Both the position numbers and the translations under genes were made by a program. The notes beneath the pieces are model-generated. The model saw only the letters and a list, made by a program, of their open reading frames with translations, was not told the origin of the DNA and made no database searches. This document shows positions 38,470 to 49,400 of a stretch of 64,000 bases of DNA, piece by piece. Every line of letters begins with the position of its first letter. Position 1 is the first letter of the stretch. The stretch spans positions 6,349 to 70,348 of the forward strand of contig DAIJ01000016.1 of assembly GCA_002498725.1 (NCBI GenBank), in the 5' to 3' direction. This DNA comes from Euryarchaeota archaeon UBA23 (lineage in GTDB: Archaea > Thermoplasmatota > Poseidoniia > Poseidoniales > Thalassarchaeaceae).

Positions 38470-39099
38470 TCAATATTCTACAACTTCCGAATCGACAACT
38501 CTCCACATATACCATACTCCAAGGGTTCTGTATGGCTTCCATGAATTTGAAATTTCAATTAGGGCATTTTTATCTAAAGGATTTCCTGAGTTGTAGACTT
38601 TTTCCATACCTCTGATTAATCCGATATCATCTAATGGAAAAATATCGGGTCTTAAGAGGGCGAAGATAAGCAACATTTGGGCAGTCCATTTACCAACTCC
38701 TCTCAGCGAAATTAATTTGCCCAACACTTCATCATCACTCATTGTTTTCCATTTAAGTTCATTTAATCCATCCCTCCATTCCTCAGAAATACCAATTATG
38801 TATTCCACTTTTCGATTTGAAAGACCTACATCTCTAAGCTCTTTATGAGATTTTTTCAAGATATTTTCATCCGTAATTTGGCCTACTAGATCCGATAATC
38901 TTTCCCAAACAGCTGATGCAGCGACCACAGATATCTGTTGACCGACTATTGATTTAATTAGAGTTGCAAAGAGATCTCCTCTAGATTGCAATTGTTGATC
39001 ATCTATAGTATCAATTATTTTAGCCATAGATTTGTCTGATTTTGCTATAAATAACTTACCTTCGCACCACCAATCAGCAACTTCTCTATGGCTTTGCAT
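38470..39099 (-). CDS. HhH-GPD base-excision DNA glycosylase (AlkA/3-methyladenine glycosylase II-like)
   Basis: Helix-hairpin-helix LISLRGVGKWTAQMLLIFAL followed by FPLDDIGLIRG (the Gly/Pro...Asp motif). Confidence 0.8.
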   Translation of the reverse strand: MQSHREVADWWCEGKLFIAKSDKSMAKIIDTIDDQQLQSRGDLFATLIKSIVGQQISVVAASAVWERLSDLVGQITDENILKKSHKELRDVGLSNRKVEYIIGISEEWRDGLNELKWKTMSDDEVLGKLISLRGVGKWTAQMLLIFALLRPDIFPLDDIGLIRGMEKVYNSGNPLDKNALIEISNSWKPYRTLGVWYMWRVVDSEVVEY

Positions 39100-39147
39100 A
39101 AATCTCCGAACACATCATTCATTATTGTAAGTCCGGTCCCAAGATTG

Positions 39148-39639
39148 ATGGACGAGGTTAAGGCACTATTGATAGCAGGAGTAATTTTTACAGTTGGTTT
39201 TGTTGGTTACGTAATCTTAGATGATGGTGATGAAGGATCACAATGGCCTATTGTAGATGTTTGTATTGGCGGCCATAGCGACTCTCTTGCAGATCATTAT
39301 CATCCATTTCTTAACATAGTAATTGACGGTAATGTGGTAGAGATTCCTTCCAATGTGGGTATTGATGATGATCATTGCCCTAATGGGATGAGGGGGATCC
39401 ATACACACGATGAATCAGGTAAATTACATGTAGAAATTCCAGATAGTGATCTAGATGCTACTGTTGGGGCATTTTTCGAAATTTGGGGCATGGAATTCGA
39501 TGAAACTCATATTCTGAACAAAGTTGCTAATGAAGGAAATGAGGTTGTTATGTTTGTAAATGGCATTCAAAATTATGAATATCAAGATTATGTCATGGAA
39601 GATGGCGATCAGATTGAAATTCGCTATCAGGCAAAATAA
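39148..39639 (+). CDS. Hypothetical membrane-anchored protein with His-rich motifs (HSD...HYHP...HTHDESG)
   Basis: N-terminal TM helix ALLIAGVIFTVGFVGYVIL followed by a soluble domain. The ORF-track start at 39088 overlaps the divergent AlkA start. I trimmed it to the ATG at 39148. Confidence 0.45.
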   Translation: MDEVKALLIAGVIFTVGFVGYVILDDGDEGSQWPIVDVCIGGHSDSLADHYHPFLNIVIDGNVVEIPSNVGIDDDHCPNGMRGIHTHDESGKLHVEIPDSDLDATVGAFFEIWGMEFDETHILNKVANEGNEVVMFVNGIQNYEYQDYVMEDGDQIEIRYQAK

Positions 39640-39644
39640 TTCAA

Positions 39645-41147
39645 TCACCCTTTGATTACTGCTATTGGTCTCAATCTGGCAACTGGTCTTGCTAAGCCAG
39701 ATTCATTGGTCAAACGAATCACTTCATCTACATCTTTGTAGGCTTCAGGAGCCTCTTCAGACAAAATGTTAGGTGTTTTTGCATGTACGTGAATACCAGC
39801 ATTTTCAAGCCTATTACGTAGCTTAATTGAGTCTACTTTATTCCTAGCAGCAGTTCTTGATAATTGACGTCCTGCTCCATGACAAGATGATGAAAATGCA
39901 TCATTGGCTCCTGATTTAGGGCCAGCCAATATCCATGAGGCAGTGCCCATGTCTCCGGGTACTAAAACTGGCTGCCCAACTCCTGAAAATTTCGTTGCTA
40001 ATTCTGGGTGATCTCCACCTAATGCTCTCGTTGCTCCCTTTCTATGAACGCAGCATTTGCATGATTTACCATGTACCACATGGTCTTCTACCTTTGCAAT
40101 GTTGTGGCTTACATCATACACAACTTCTAGAGTTCCATCTATTCGAAGATTTTTTCTTAAAACATTACGTAATCTTTGAGTAAGTGCCGATCTATTAGCG
40201 AATGCATAGTTGCCTGCTGCACGCATTGCATCCAAGTAAGCCTGACCTTCCTTACTGAATATAGGGGCTGATGCTAGTTGTCTGTCACTAAGACTATACC
40301 CCCAATCATTAGAAACCCATTTTAAACCTTTTTTCCTATATTTTGATTCTATATAGCTTACGTGATCGCTACAAACTTGGTGGCCAAGTCCACGTGACCC
40401 AGTATGTATCATTGTTGTAATTTGCCCTTCTCTTATCCCATAGGCTGCTGCTGCTTCTTTGTCTTCAATCCGGTCAACTACTTGTAATTCAAGAAAATGA
40501 TTTCCTGACCCTAAGGTTCCTAGAGCTTTCATCCCTCTTTTTTGTGCTCTTTCGCCAATATTCCATTCATCAGGTTCCAATCGCCCATTAGATTCTATTG
40601 AAGCCAAATCTTGTGTTTCACCCCAACCGATATCTATAGCCGCTTCAGCACCCTCGCTTAGAATAGAATCCATTTTTGTTTCGTTAAGAATTACTCCGCC
40701 CTTACTTGAGGCACCTGCAGGAATTTGTTGGGCAAGTGATTTAGCTAAAACCTTAGTATCTATTTGACTCAGTTCAATATCAAGTGAACACAATCTTACT
40801 CCACAGTTAATGTCGAACCCAACTCCTCCTGGTGAGATGGCGCCACCCAATTCATTTGATTCTATATCGGTAGCAACAACTCCTCCTATTGGAAATCCAT
40901 ATCCAAAATGCCAATCTGCCATCGCCCAAGCATTCCCTACGATACCGGGGATCTCAGCAGTATTGCATAATTGTTCAGGCGAACGATCATCAGAATGTTT
41001 AGAAAGATGTTCTGAATCAGTAATTAATACTGCATCAGTAAGCATCGATCCATGTTTTGAGATACGCATCCGACCATTTCCATCTGGTACCAGATGCTCT
41101 CGCCACGTAGCACTCATGGTGGACTCCTGTGGAGTCCATGATTTCAA
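39645..41147 (-). CDS. rtcB: RNA-splicing ligase RtcB (3'-phosphate/5'-hydroxyl RNA ligase)
   Basis: GSGNHFLELQ, HTGSRGLGHQV and CHGAGRQ are all present, and these are the RtcB metal/GTP-binding signatures. Confidence 0.95.
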   Translation of the reverse strand: MKSWTPQESTMSATWREHLVPDGNGRMRISKHGSMLTDAVLITDSEHLSKHSDDRSPEQLCNTAEIPGIVGNAWAMADWHFGYGFPIGGVVATDIESNELGGAISPGGVGFDINCGVRLCSLDIELSQIDTKVLAKSLAQQIPAGASSKGGVILNETKMDSILSEGAEAAIDIGWGETQDLASIESNGRLEPDEWNIGERAQKRGMKALGTLGSGNHFLELQVVDRIEDKEAAAAYGIREGQITTMIHTGSRGLGHQVCSDHVSYIESKYRKKGLKWVSNDWGYSLSDRQLASAPIFSKEGQAYLDAMRAAGNYAFANRSALTQRLRNVLRKNLRIDGTLEVVYDVSHNIAKVEDHVVHGKSCKCCVHRKGATRALGGDHPELATKFSGVGQPVLVPGDMGTASWILAGPKSGANDAFSSSCHGAGRQLSRTAARNKVDSIKLRNRLENAGIHVHAKTPNILSEEAPEAYKDVDEVIRLTNESGLARPVARLRPIAVIKG

Positions 41148-41192
41148 CGCGACGCAGTCTTTTCAACAATTGATTTCAAGACGTGACAGTCA

Positions 41193-44078
41193 ATGGGCCG
41201 TGTAAGGAGTGATAGTGTGACGTTCGGCGAGATTCATATCCCGTATTGGGAGGAAGCCGGTTTCATTCGTCGTACTTGTCGTGTAACTGGTCAGTATTTT
41301 TGGACCAGAGATCCATTGAGAGATACTTGTGGAGACTCAACTGAAGACTCTTACACATTCATTGGATCTCCAATAATTGACGGCTTTAGTATGAGGGGTA
41401 AGCCTCTAAAGGATGCAATGAGAGAAATGTTCCTGAATTTTTTTGAGAACAAAGAACATACAAGAATAGATCCTTATCCTGTAATTGCTAGATGGAGGGA
41501 GGATATTCATCTCACGATAGCCTCAATCGCCGATTTCCAACCTCATGTGACGAATGGCACCGTACCTCCTCCAGCTAATCCTCTGTGTATCTCTCAACCG
41601 TGTATCAGATTAACTGATGTTGCAGCAGTCGGGCGTTCGGGAAGACATCTTTCTACATTTGAGATGATGGCACATCACGCCTTCAATCGCCCAAAAGAGG
41701 ACGGAGTCATATATTGGATAGATCAATGTGTGAGGTTTTGTGATGAGATGCTATGTGTGCATCTTGGTATTGATCCTTCTCAAGTAACATATCTTGAGAA
41801 TCCTTGGTCAGGCGGGGGTAATGCCGGCCCTGCATTGGAAGTAATTGTTGGAGGTTTAGAACTAGCCACTCTTGTATTTATGAATCTTGAAGAGCATGAA
41901 GAAGGAGAAATAGAAATTAAGGGATTAAAATATAGAGAGATGGATTTGCAAATAATAGATACTGGTTATGGCTTAGAACGTTTTTGTTGGGCCGCTGCTG
42001 GGACTCCTACAATCTATGAGGCAATATATCCGGAGTCAGTTAATTGGCTGAAAGACATGGTTAAATTCGATCAAATGGTAAAGAGTTTGAATTTTTCAAC
42101 TGATGCCGACGAACTTCTTGGAGAACTTTCTAAATTAGCTGGGATTTTGAATATTGATGTGGGCACAGATGTTGAATCTCTTTATCAAAAATTGTCAGAT
42201 AGGCTCCTTGATAATGGTCTAAATGTTTCAGTAGATGATCTGAAAAGAATCACGGAGCCACTTTCTAGCATTTATGCGATACCCGATCATATGCATGCCA
42301 TATGCAATATGTTAGGTGACGGATTAGTCCCAAGTAATTCTAAGGCCGGATATCTTGTTCGTATGTTATCTAGAAGAGTTTGTAGAATGAAGGATGAGTT
42401 GGGCATAGAAGTTACGCTTTCTGATCTGGGAATTCACCATATGGAAAAACATCTTGAACTCTCCGGATTCATTCAATCTCGTGAAGGTATTATTTCTATA
42501 CTCACACTTGAGGAAGAACGTTATTATGAGATGTTAAGAAAGGGGGAGGCTGCAGTTAGAACTGCTTTGAGAGATTGTCCAAAGGATATTGAAGAGGCTC
42601 CTGATGAAACATTGTTCCGCTTAGCCGAGGAACGTGGATTAAACCCAGAGATGGTAGTTTCAATTGCAAATAGAGCGGGTTGGTCTAATCTTAAAGTCCG
42701 AGTAGGATTCTCTGCCGATATGGCTGCAAGGAATGCTGAGAGAACTAAAGCGGCAGCGAAAGAGAAGGTTAGAGGAGAGATTTTCACTACAGAAAAAATA
42801 CCCAATACAATTAGAGATTATTATGATGATACTAGTGCCACCACTTTCAATGCATTAGCAATAGATTGTAGGGAATTAAATGAGAACCAAATAGATATGC
42901 TAAATCTTTCACCTGAAGTAAAAATTAGCCCTACCCATTCAGTTGTTTTAGATCGAACTTTATTCTATCCAGAAGGCGGAGGTCAATTGGGTGACCAAGG
43001 AAATATTGGCAACGTAAAAGTAGTTGATACAAGGATAGAGAATGAAGTCATATTTCACCTCACAGATGGGCCAGTAGAAATAGGCGATATTTCAGGAGAA
43101 ATTAACTGGCATCGTCGCCGTCAATTAATGGATCATCATACTGCAGTTCATATTGTAGGAGGTAGTGCCAGACAACTTCTTGGCCCTCACATATGGCAAG
43201 CCGGTTCAAATAAAGGTGAGAGGTATGCTAGAATTGATCTCACTCATTTTACTAGACTTAGCCGAGTAGATCTTGATGCTATAGAAGACCATGCTAATGG
43301 GGTTATTGCTTCTAATCCAATTATTGAGAAAAAGATACTTAGTCGTGCTGAGGCAGACACAAGTTTCGGCTTTGAATTGTATCAAGGAGGGCCTCCTAAA
43401 CAAAGTACAATAAGAGTCATAAAAATTGGAGATCATGACGTTCAAGCATGTGGGGGGACTCATCATGATGAGGCAGGCGAAGTGGGTGAATTACGCATAA
43501 TAAGGGCCAGTCAAGTCCAAGACGGGGTAGAGCGTCTGCAAATCGTGGCAGGTGAAACCGCACGCGAGCATGCCCGGGCCCAAGAAAGGCTTCTCGCTGA
43601 ATCTAGTGAAGTCCTTGGAGTGTCTCCTAATGACCTCCCAGCGACAGTATCTAGATTCTTTGAAGAATGGAAAATGCAGCAAAAGAAGATAGAGGCACTT
43701 GAAGCGGAAATCGTTAGACTCCGTACTAGTGGCGGTGGAGATGCAGCAATTCAGAAGGATGGAGTTCGCTACGCGATTATGGAGGTAGATGGAGACATGA
43801 AAGCCGTGATGTCTATGCTAGGTGAATTGACACGAGACCCTCGGATTCCAACTCTAGCAGTTATTGGCACCAGAGATGGCGGGGGCAAGCTAATCGTTGC
43901 GAGTACTGAAGGTTCTATCGTAGCCGAGAAATATGATGCAACCAAAATTCTTGCTGCCATTGCTGGACATATAGATGGAGGGGGCGGAGGTCGGCCTACT
44001 ATGGCTCAAGGCGGTGGCTCAAATCCAGAGGGTATTCCTGCTGCTCTAGAAGCTGCGCGTAAACTTCTAGGATTGTGA
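41193..44078 (+). CDS. alaS: Alanine--tRNA ligase, archaeal type
   Basis: FWTRDPLRDTCGDSTEDSYTFIG matches the archaeal AlaRS N-terminus. The editing domain has HHTAVH...CGGTHH. The C-terminal DHHA1-like domain has GGGGGRPTMAQGGG. Confidence 0.9.
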   Translation: MGRVRSDSVTFGEIHIPYWEEAGFIRRTCRVTGQYFWTRDPLRDTCGDSTEDSYTFIGSPIIDGFSMRGKPLKDAMREMFLNFFENKEHTRIDPYPVIARWREDIHLTIASIADFQPHVTNGTVPPPANPLCISQPCIRLTDVAAVGRSGRHLSTFEMMAHHAFNRPKEDGVIYWIDQCVRFCDEMLCVHLGIDPSQVTYLENPWSGGGNAGPALEVIVGGLELATLVFMNLEEHEEGEIEIKGLKYREMDLQIIDTGYGLERFCWAAAGTPTIYEAIYPESVNWLKDMVKFDQMVKSLNFSTDADELLGELSKLAGILNIDVGTDVESLYQKLSDRLLDNGLNVSVDDLKRITEPLSSIYAIPDHMHAICNMLGDGLVPSNSKAGYLVRMLSRRVCRMKDELGIEVTLSDLGIHHMEKHLELSGFIQSREGIISILTLEEERYYEMLRKGEAAVRTALRDCPKDIEEAPDETLFRLAEERGLNPEMVVSIANRAGWSNLKVRVGFSADMAARNAERTKAAAKEKVRGEIFTTEKIPNTIRDYYDDTSATTFNALAIDCRELNENQIDMLNLSPEVKISPTHSVVLDRTLFYPEGGGQLGDQGNIGNVKVVDTRIENEVIFHLTDGPVEIGDISGEINWHRRRQLMDHHTAVHIVGGSARQLLGPHIWQAGSNKGERYARIDLTHFTRLSRVDLDAIEDHANGVIASNPIIEKKILSRAEADTSFGFELYQGGPPKQSTIRVIKIGDHDVQACGGTHHDEAGEVGELRIIRASQVQDGVERLQIVAGETAREHARAQERLLAESSEVLGVSPNDLPATVSRFFEEWKMQQKKIEALEAEIVRLRTSGGGDAAIQKDGVRYAIMEVDGDMKAVMSMLGELTRDPRIPTLAVIGTRDGGGKLIVASTEGSIVAEKYDATKILAAIAGHIDGGGGGRPTMAQGGGSNPEGIPAALEAARKLLGL

Positions 44079-44082
44079 ACCG

Positions 44083-45285
44083 ATGTCTCAGGAAATTGAT
44101 GTATCTGCTCGTGCAGCAGCGATAGAGTACGCTATACGAGATGTAGTTGTTCCAGCAATTGAGTTGGAGAATCAAGGGCAAGAAATAATTCGTTTGAATA
44201 TTGGAGATCCTCTTGCATACGAAGGGCTCCCAACCCCAAGTCATATGGTGTCTGCTTACAAGAAAGCTCTTGATTCTCAGAATAATGGCTACGGCCCCTC
44301 TTACGGTCTTTCGGAGTTAAGAGATGCAATTTCTTTGTCCGAATCAAAAAAAGGATGGAATTGTTCATCTGATGATGTTTATGTTACCCATGGAGTAACT
44401 GAAGCACTGCAGATAATTTTCGCATCATTTCTTGAGGATGGGACCAAGATCCTTGCTCCTGGTCCACATTATCCACCTTACATGGCATATCCGCAAATGT
44501 ATGGGGCTACTACAATTGAATATCGATTGAATCCACTTGACAGTTGGCGAATTGATTTAGAAGATATACGTCAAAAGATGGATGACACAGTCCGTCTTTT
44601 AGTTCTAATAAATCCTAATAACCCTACAGGAAATGTGGCTACTCAAGATGAAATAGACAAACTTATTCAAATTGTAAAGCAGTATCCTAAATGCACTATA
44701 ATTTCTGATGAGATTTATGACGCATTGGATTTTACTGGCAATTTAGTTTCAACGGCGTCAAGATCTTCAGAAGTCCCTGTAATTGTTCTTAATGGAGTTT
44801 CTAAAGTCTACTTTGCTCCGGGTTGGCGAATTGGATATATGGCTTGGCATGATCCTAAAGGAGTTCTTTCCTCAGTTAGAGATGGCGCCGAGCGTTTGTT
44901 AAGAAGTAGACTATGCGCATCAACTCCTGCCCAATATGGTTATCTTGAGGGATTGGTTAGTAATACAGAATGGCTCAATAGTCATAAAAATAATATCAAA
45001 AAAAGGTTAGATTATTGCATTGAAAGAATTAATTCCATAGATGGAATAGAGTGTCAACCACCGGGTGGGGCATTCTATATTTTTGTAAGAATCACAGATC
45101 CAAATCTTTCTTCAGATAAGCAGTGGGTACTTGATTTGCTACATCAATATCATGTGTTGGTAGTCCATGGATCTGGCTTCTCTCCCGAATATGGTAATGG
45201 GCACTTTCGTATGGTTTGCTTGCCGACAATTGAAGTTTTGTCAGAAGTGTTTGATAGGATTGAGAAATTCATTAATGGTAGATAA
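44083..45285 (+). CDS. Class I/II PLP-dependent aminotransferase (aspartate/alanine aminotransferase-like)
   Basis: NPNNPTGNV and SKVYFAPGWRIGY (the PLP-Lys motif). Confidence 0.85.
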   Translation: MSQEIDVSARAAAIEYAIRDVVVPAIELENQGQEIIRLNIGDPLAYEGLPTPSHMVSAYKKALDSQNNGYGPSYGLSELRDAISLSESKKGWNCSSDDVYVTHGVTEALQIIFASFLEDGTKILAPGPHYPPYMAYPQMYGATTIEYRLNPLDSWRIDLEDIRQKMDDTVRLLVLINPNNPTGNVATQDEIDKLIQIVKQYPKCTIISDEIYDALDFTGNLVSTASRSSEVPVIVLNGVSKVYFAPGWRIGYMAWHDPKGVLSSVRDGAERLLRSRLCASTPAQYGYLEGLVSNTEWLNSHKNNIKKRLDYCIERINSIDGIECQPPGGAFYIFVRITDPNLSSDKQWVLDLLHQYHVLVVHGSGFSPEYGNGHFRMVCLPTIEVLSEVFDRIEKFINGR

Positions 45286-45286
45286 A

Positions 45287-46378
45287 ATGGGTTTTTTTAA
45301 TTTTTTCTTAGGTAGAAATAAGAAAAATAGAAATTCATTCTTTGAACGTTGGGTCTGGATGGAAAATGGGCTAATTAGGGATCTCTTAAGAGAAAACCAA
45401 CCTGCGTGGATAGTCGGCACTAATCTATTTGAAAGTTGGATTCAAGGTGTTGAAGAAAGATGTAATCAGAGTTTAGGACGTCGATTAGCTCATGCCGCTA
45501 ACCAATCAGATGAGGCTTTAATACCTAGGAATCTTAAGTTGAATATTCTAACTAGAAAATCTAGTATTGATTGGGATGAATTGAATGTTGACTGGAAACA
45601 TCGAGGATTAGGGGAATTGAGTTTACTTGATAATTCAGAAGAAAATTTGAGTCTCCTAATTTCTTTTCCAGCCAATGAAGCAATGTGTGCAGGTTTTGCA
45701 TCGGCAGCTATTGAGAGATATAGTGGTACGAGGTATAGATTCAGATGGAACGGTACTCGCGAACAAAGTGTAGTGGTAAGATTCACAGAAGATAAAATCG
45801 AAATCCCAACAGTTCAAGTTTTGGATGTTGATTGGCTTGATGGAGATAGTAATGTTATTGAATTGGAAGATTTCAAATTTTTCGAGAATGATGATTATGG
45901 AAGAATTTCATTTATGGGCAATCGCTCTATATTTTTACATCGAGATTTAATTATTAGATTCATCCAATTCTGTGAGCCCTATGTGGAAGAATTATTTTCT
46001 GGACATATTAATCAGTATGATTTTTCAGGTTTATCGAAATCAGATCAGTTAATCTGGACAGCAATGGCTGACTCTCTGAGAGAGGCGACTTTCAATATGG
46101 GCTTTCACGTAATGATCTCTAAATCAGATGATTGGCTAAATGTGGGCTCCCGTTTTCTCTCAGATTCCGGATTGGGAAGTATCGAATCAGTCACTTTAAT
46201 TGATGAACATGGAGGTGTTGAATTTATTCTTAATGGCTGTTTCCATCCTGCCTTAGCAGGCGGTGTACTTCTTTCTTGTTGGGAGCGTGCTTATGGCCGC
46301 CGAGGATGTTTGAAATGTAATATGAAAGGCGGTATAGTGCATCTTATCATATCCTCTTCTGTAGAACTTAGCAATTGA
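45287..46378 (+). CDS. Hypothetical protein, possibly with a V4R-like Cys/Gly-rich C-terminus
   Basis: The ORF-track start at 45167 overlaps the aminotransferase gene. I trimmed it to the ATG at 45287, 2 bp after the upstream stop. C-terminal motif GCFHPALAGG...CWE...GCLKC. Confidence 0.5.
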   Translation: MGFFNFFLGRNKKNRNSFFERWVWMENGLIRDLLRENQPAWIVGTNLFESWIQGVEERCNQSLGRRLAHAANQSDEALIPRNLKLNILTRKSSIDWDELNVDWKHRGLGELSLLDNSEENLSLLISFPANEAMCAGFASAAIERYSGTRYRFRWNGTREQSVVVRFTEDKIEIPTVQVLDVDWLDGDSNVIELEDFKFFENDDYGRISFMGNRSIFLHRDLIIRFIQFCEPYVEELFSGHINQYDFSGLSKSDQLIWTAMADSLREATFNMGFHVMISKSDDWLNVGSRFLSDSGLGSIESVTLIDEHGGVEFILNGCFHPALAGGVLLSCWERAYGRRGCLKCNMKGGIVHLIISSSVELSN

Positions 46379-46459
46379 GTTCTGAGATGCGTCCTCGCTG
46401 AAACATTATAGCCATAACCAAGGTCAAAGAGACGGCCCCATAGGGGCCGGGTGTGGAAA

Positions 46460-49400
46460 ATGGCTCTATCTCATAATCAATATGCAGTTGCAGCGATTGC
46501 GGCAACTCTCTGTTTAGCTGGGTTTTACACAATTATTGACGCAGGTCTTTCAACTACTGAATCAGGTGGTTTTGATTCAGCAGGAGGTGATGTAATCATT
46601 ACAGACTCTGAGGACCAATATGCTGGTGAGGATTATGATGGGGATGGATTACCAAATAGGATGGAACAAACCCTCTATGGTACTGATTGGAGGAAGAATG
46701 ATACAGATAATGATGGTCTTGAAGATGGTTGGGAAATACAAAATGGACTCGATCCGTTAGATTCTGGTGAGCCCGATATTGGTGAAGTACAGAATGAAAA
46801 TCCTGGACAAGAGGAAGAGACTGGCGAACAGAACGAAACATTCCCTGATCCCGACAATGGCCCTTTCGGAGATCCTGATCGTGATGGCTTGACAAATCAA
46901 GAAGAGGCACTGATTGGAACAAATCCAACGGTCCAAGATAGCGATGGAGATGGTTTGAATGATCGCTGGGAATCGCTGTATACTGAGACAATTCAAACTG
47001 CTCAAGGGCCAGTTGTACTTCTCGACCCTCTCAATCCAAACTGGGACTGTCCATTACTAACAGCGCAAGTTGAGGCCGAAATGAAGCAGATTATTGGTAT
47101 GAATACGTGGAACAATCTTCCAGTCGGGCCTAGTGGCCACCACTCTTGTGATTCTGTACTTGATATAGATCGCCAGGGTCCAGACTCTTTACCAAATTTC
47201 CTTGAAGAATTATATGATACAAATCCACTGGATGAAGATAGCGATGGTGATTTAATCCCAGATCGTGTAGAAGTTGCTTTTGGTAGCTTAGAACTTCAGG
47301 TTCATTGTGGCGTACCACAGTTTGGCACTATCAGAATGGACGCCCCTTACACTACTTTGATGTCAGGTTCTGGTGATCTTACGTGGTTCAATCAAGACAT
47401 GGATGGAGATGGTCGATTGAATGGTCCTGGGGACTGGGATACTGATGGCGATGGAATGCCTGATGGATTCGAATATTGTTACAACTCTCTCCTAGATCCT
47501 GCAAACTCTACCGATGCATACGGCGATGGTGACGAAGACGGCTTGAATAATGTCGAGGAATACGAGGTAGCTTATACTTGGGGGCCTGTTAATTTTACCA
47601 GTCCACTTAATCCGGATACTGATGGCGATGGAATGCCTGATGGGTGGGAGTATAACAGTGGTATTCATCCTAATGATGGATCTAACGCTGAAGAGGATCC
47701 TGACTTTGATGGTTATGATGCAGATGGTGATGGTGCAGTTAGATATACAGATCTTGTAGGAGTTACAACTGTGCATAGTATATCTGTTGAGATTGGAGAT
47801 TTTGTTCAGGTTAATCGCACTGTTCTATGGGTTAGAACGGTTCAAGAGAGTCAATATGTCAATTTACCAGTAAAGGCGCCAACTGCTGGTTGGATATATT
47901 CAATTAATGTGGAAATAGGTCAAGAAGTTCAAAGTCGATTACAAGATCTAATAATTATCGTAGAAGACCATGAAAGGTTCACTAACCTTGATGAATATAA
48001 TGCCAGAGATAGAGATGGAGATGGTATAGTAGATGGACGCTCTACTGATCCACTAGAACCAGATACAGATAATGATGGATTAATTGATGGAATTGAAGTC
48101 ATTGGCTGGACAATACGTATTGTTGATATGGGAGTTCGTGATGTACTCGTAAGATCCGATCCCGGCGTTTATGATACTGATAGAGATGGTCTTTCAGATT
48201 CTGTAGAATACTATGAAACTTTCACAAATACTACTGATAGAGATACTGATAGCGATGGCCTCGAGGATTTCACAGAATCTTATGATGGTTTCACATGGAA
48301 TGGAACTGTATATTTCACAAATGCATCAATGTTTGATACAGATAATGACGGTCTAAATGATGGAGAAGAGGTTACTGATGGAGAAGATCAGTATATCACC
48401 CATGCAAATAATGCAGATACAGATGATGACGGATTAAATGATGGTGGAGAAGTCCTCAATATCCCTAGGCCATGGCAGACTGCAACTAACCCATTAGACA
48501 ATGATACAGATGATGATGGGCAGCCAGATGGGTGGGAAATGCAGGTATTCTCAGTACAACAGAACACCAATAGCCATAGTCTATGGATTACAACTCAGAA
48601 TTGGTTACCTCTTGGTTGTGATGATATGCAAGAATGTGGTTTGGGACCTGGTGGTTGGGTCTGGAACAGTTATCTAAATGGTTTCCAAACGTCGGGAGAT
48701 CGTAATGGAGATGGGACTTTAGATCCTAAATATTTCATATATGAGATGAATTTAACTGGATTTAGTATTCCAGGGAATGGAAGATGGGCATTAGACCCAT
48801 CTTTTGGATCACAACCAGACTCGAACTTTGATATCGATAATGACACTCTCATCAATGCTTTAGAAGCTCCAGATCGTTGGGATACAAATCCAGTCGATGA
48901 TGACACAGATGGCGATTTACTAGCAGATGGTTGGGAAGTTGCGGCCTCTGAGAGGGCAATTAGTGCTGGTCTAGTAGACAATAACTCTCTCAATGCACTT
49001 GGAGCAAGAGGGCCTATGGATCCTAGAATGCCAGACTCAGATCTTGATGGTATAGATGATGGGTCAGAAGATTTTGATCAAGACGGACTTAATAGAACTC
49101 ATTTATTGAATCGTTATTGCCCTGGTTGGGATGATCCTCAGGTGGCAGAATGTCATATTGACCCTACTACCGAACGTGGTTCAATGTTCTATAATGATCT
49201 TGAAAATTATACAAATTATGAGGAATTCCAGAATCGTACCGATCCTGTTCTAGAAGACACCGATGGAGATGGATGGAATGATGGTTCAGAAGTTTACCAT
49301 CAGGACCACGATGATGATGGCATGTGGTCTGGCTGGGAATTCTACTTTGATTTTGACCCATTTGATCCGGCAGATGCCTTTGTAGATTCAGATGGAGATG

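Noticed and set aside
45167-45286. ORF-track start of the 403-aa ORF that overlaps the aminotransferase by 119 bp
   Set aside because: The overlap is implausible. In-frame ATGs at 45275 and 45287 give a tight, operon-like junction.
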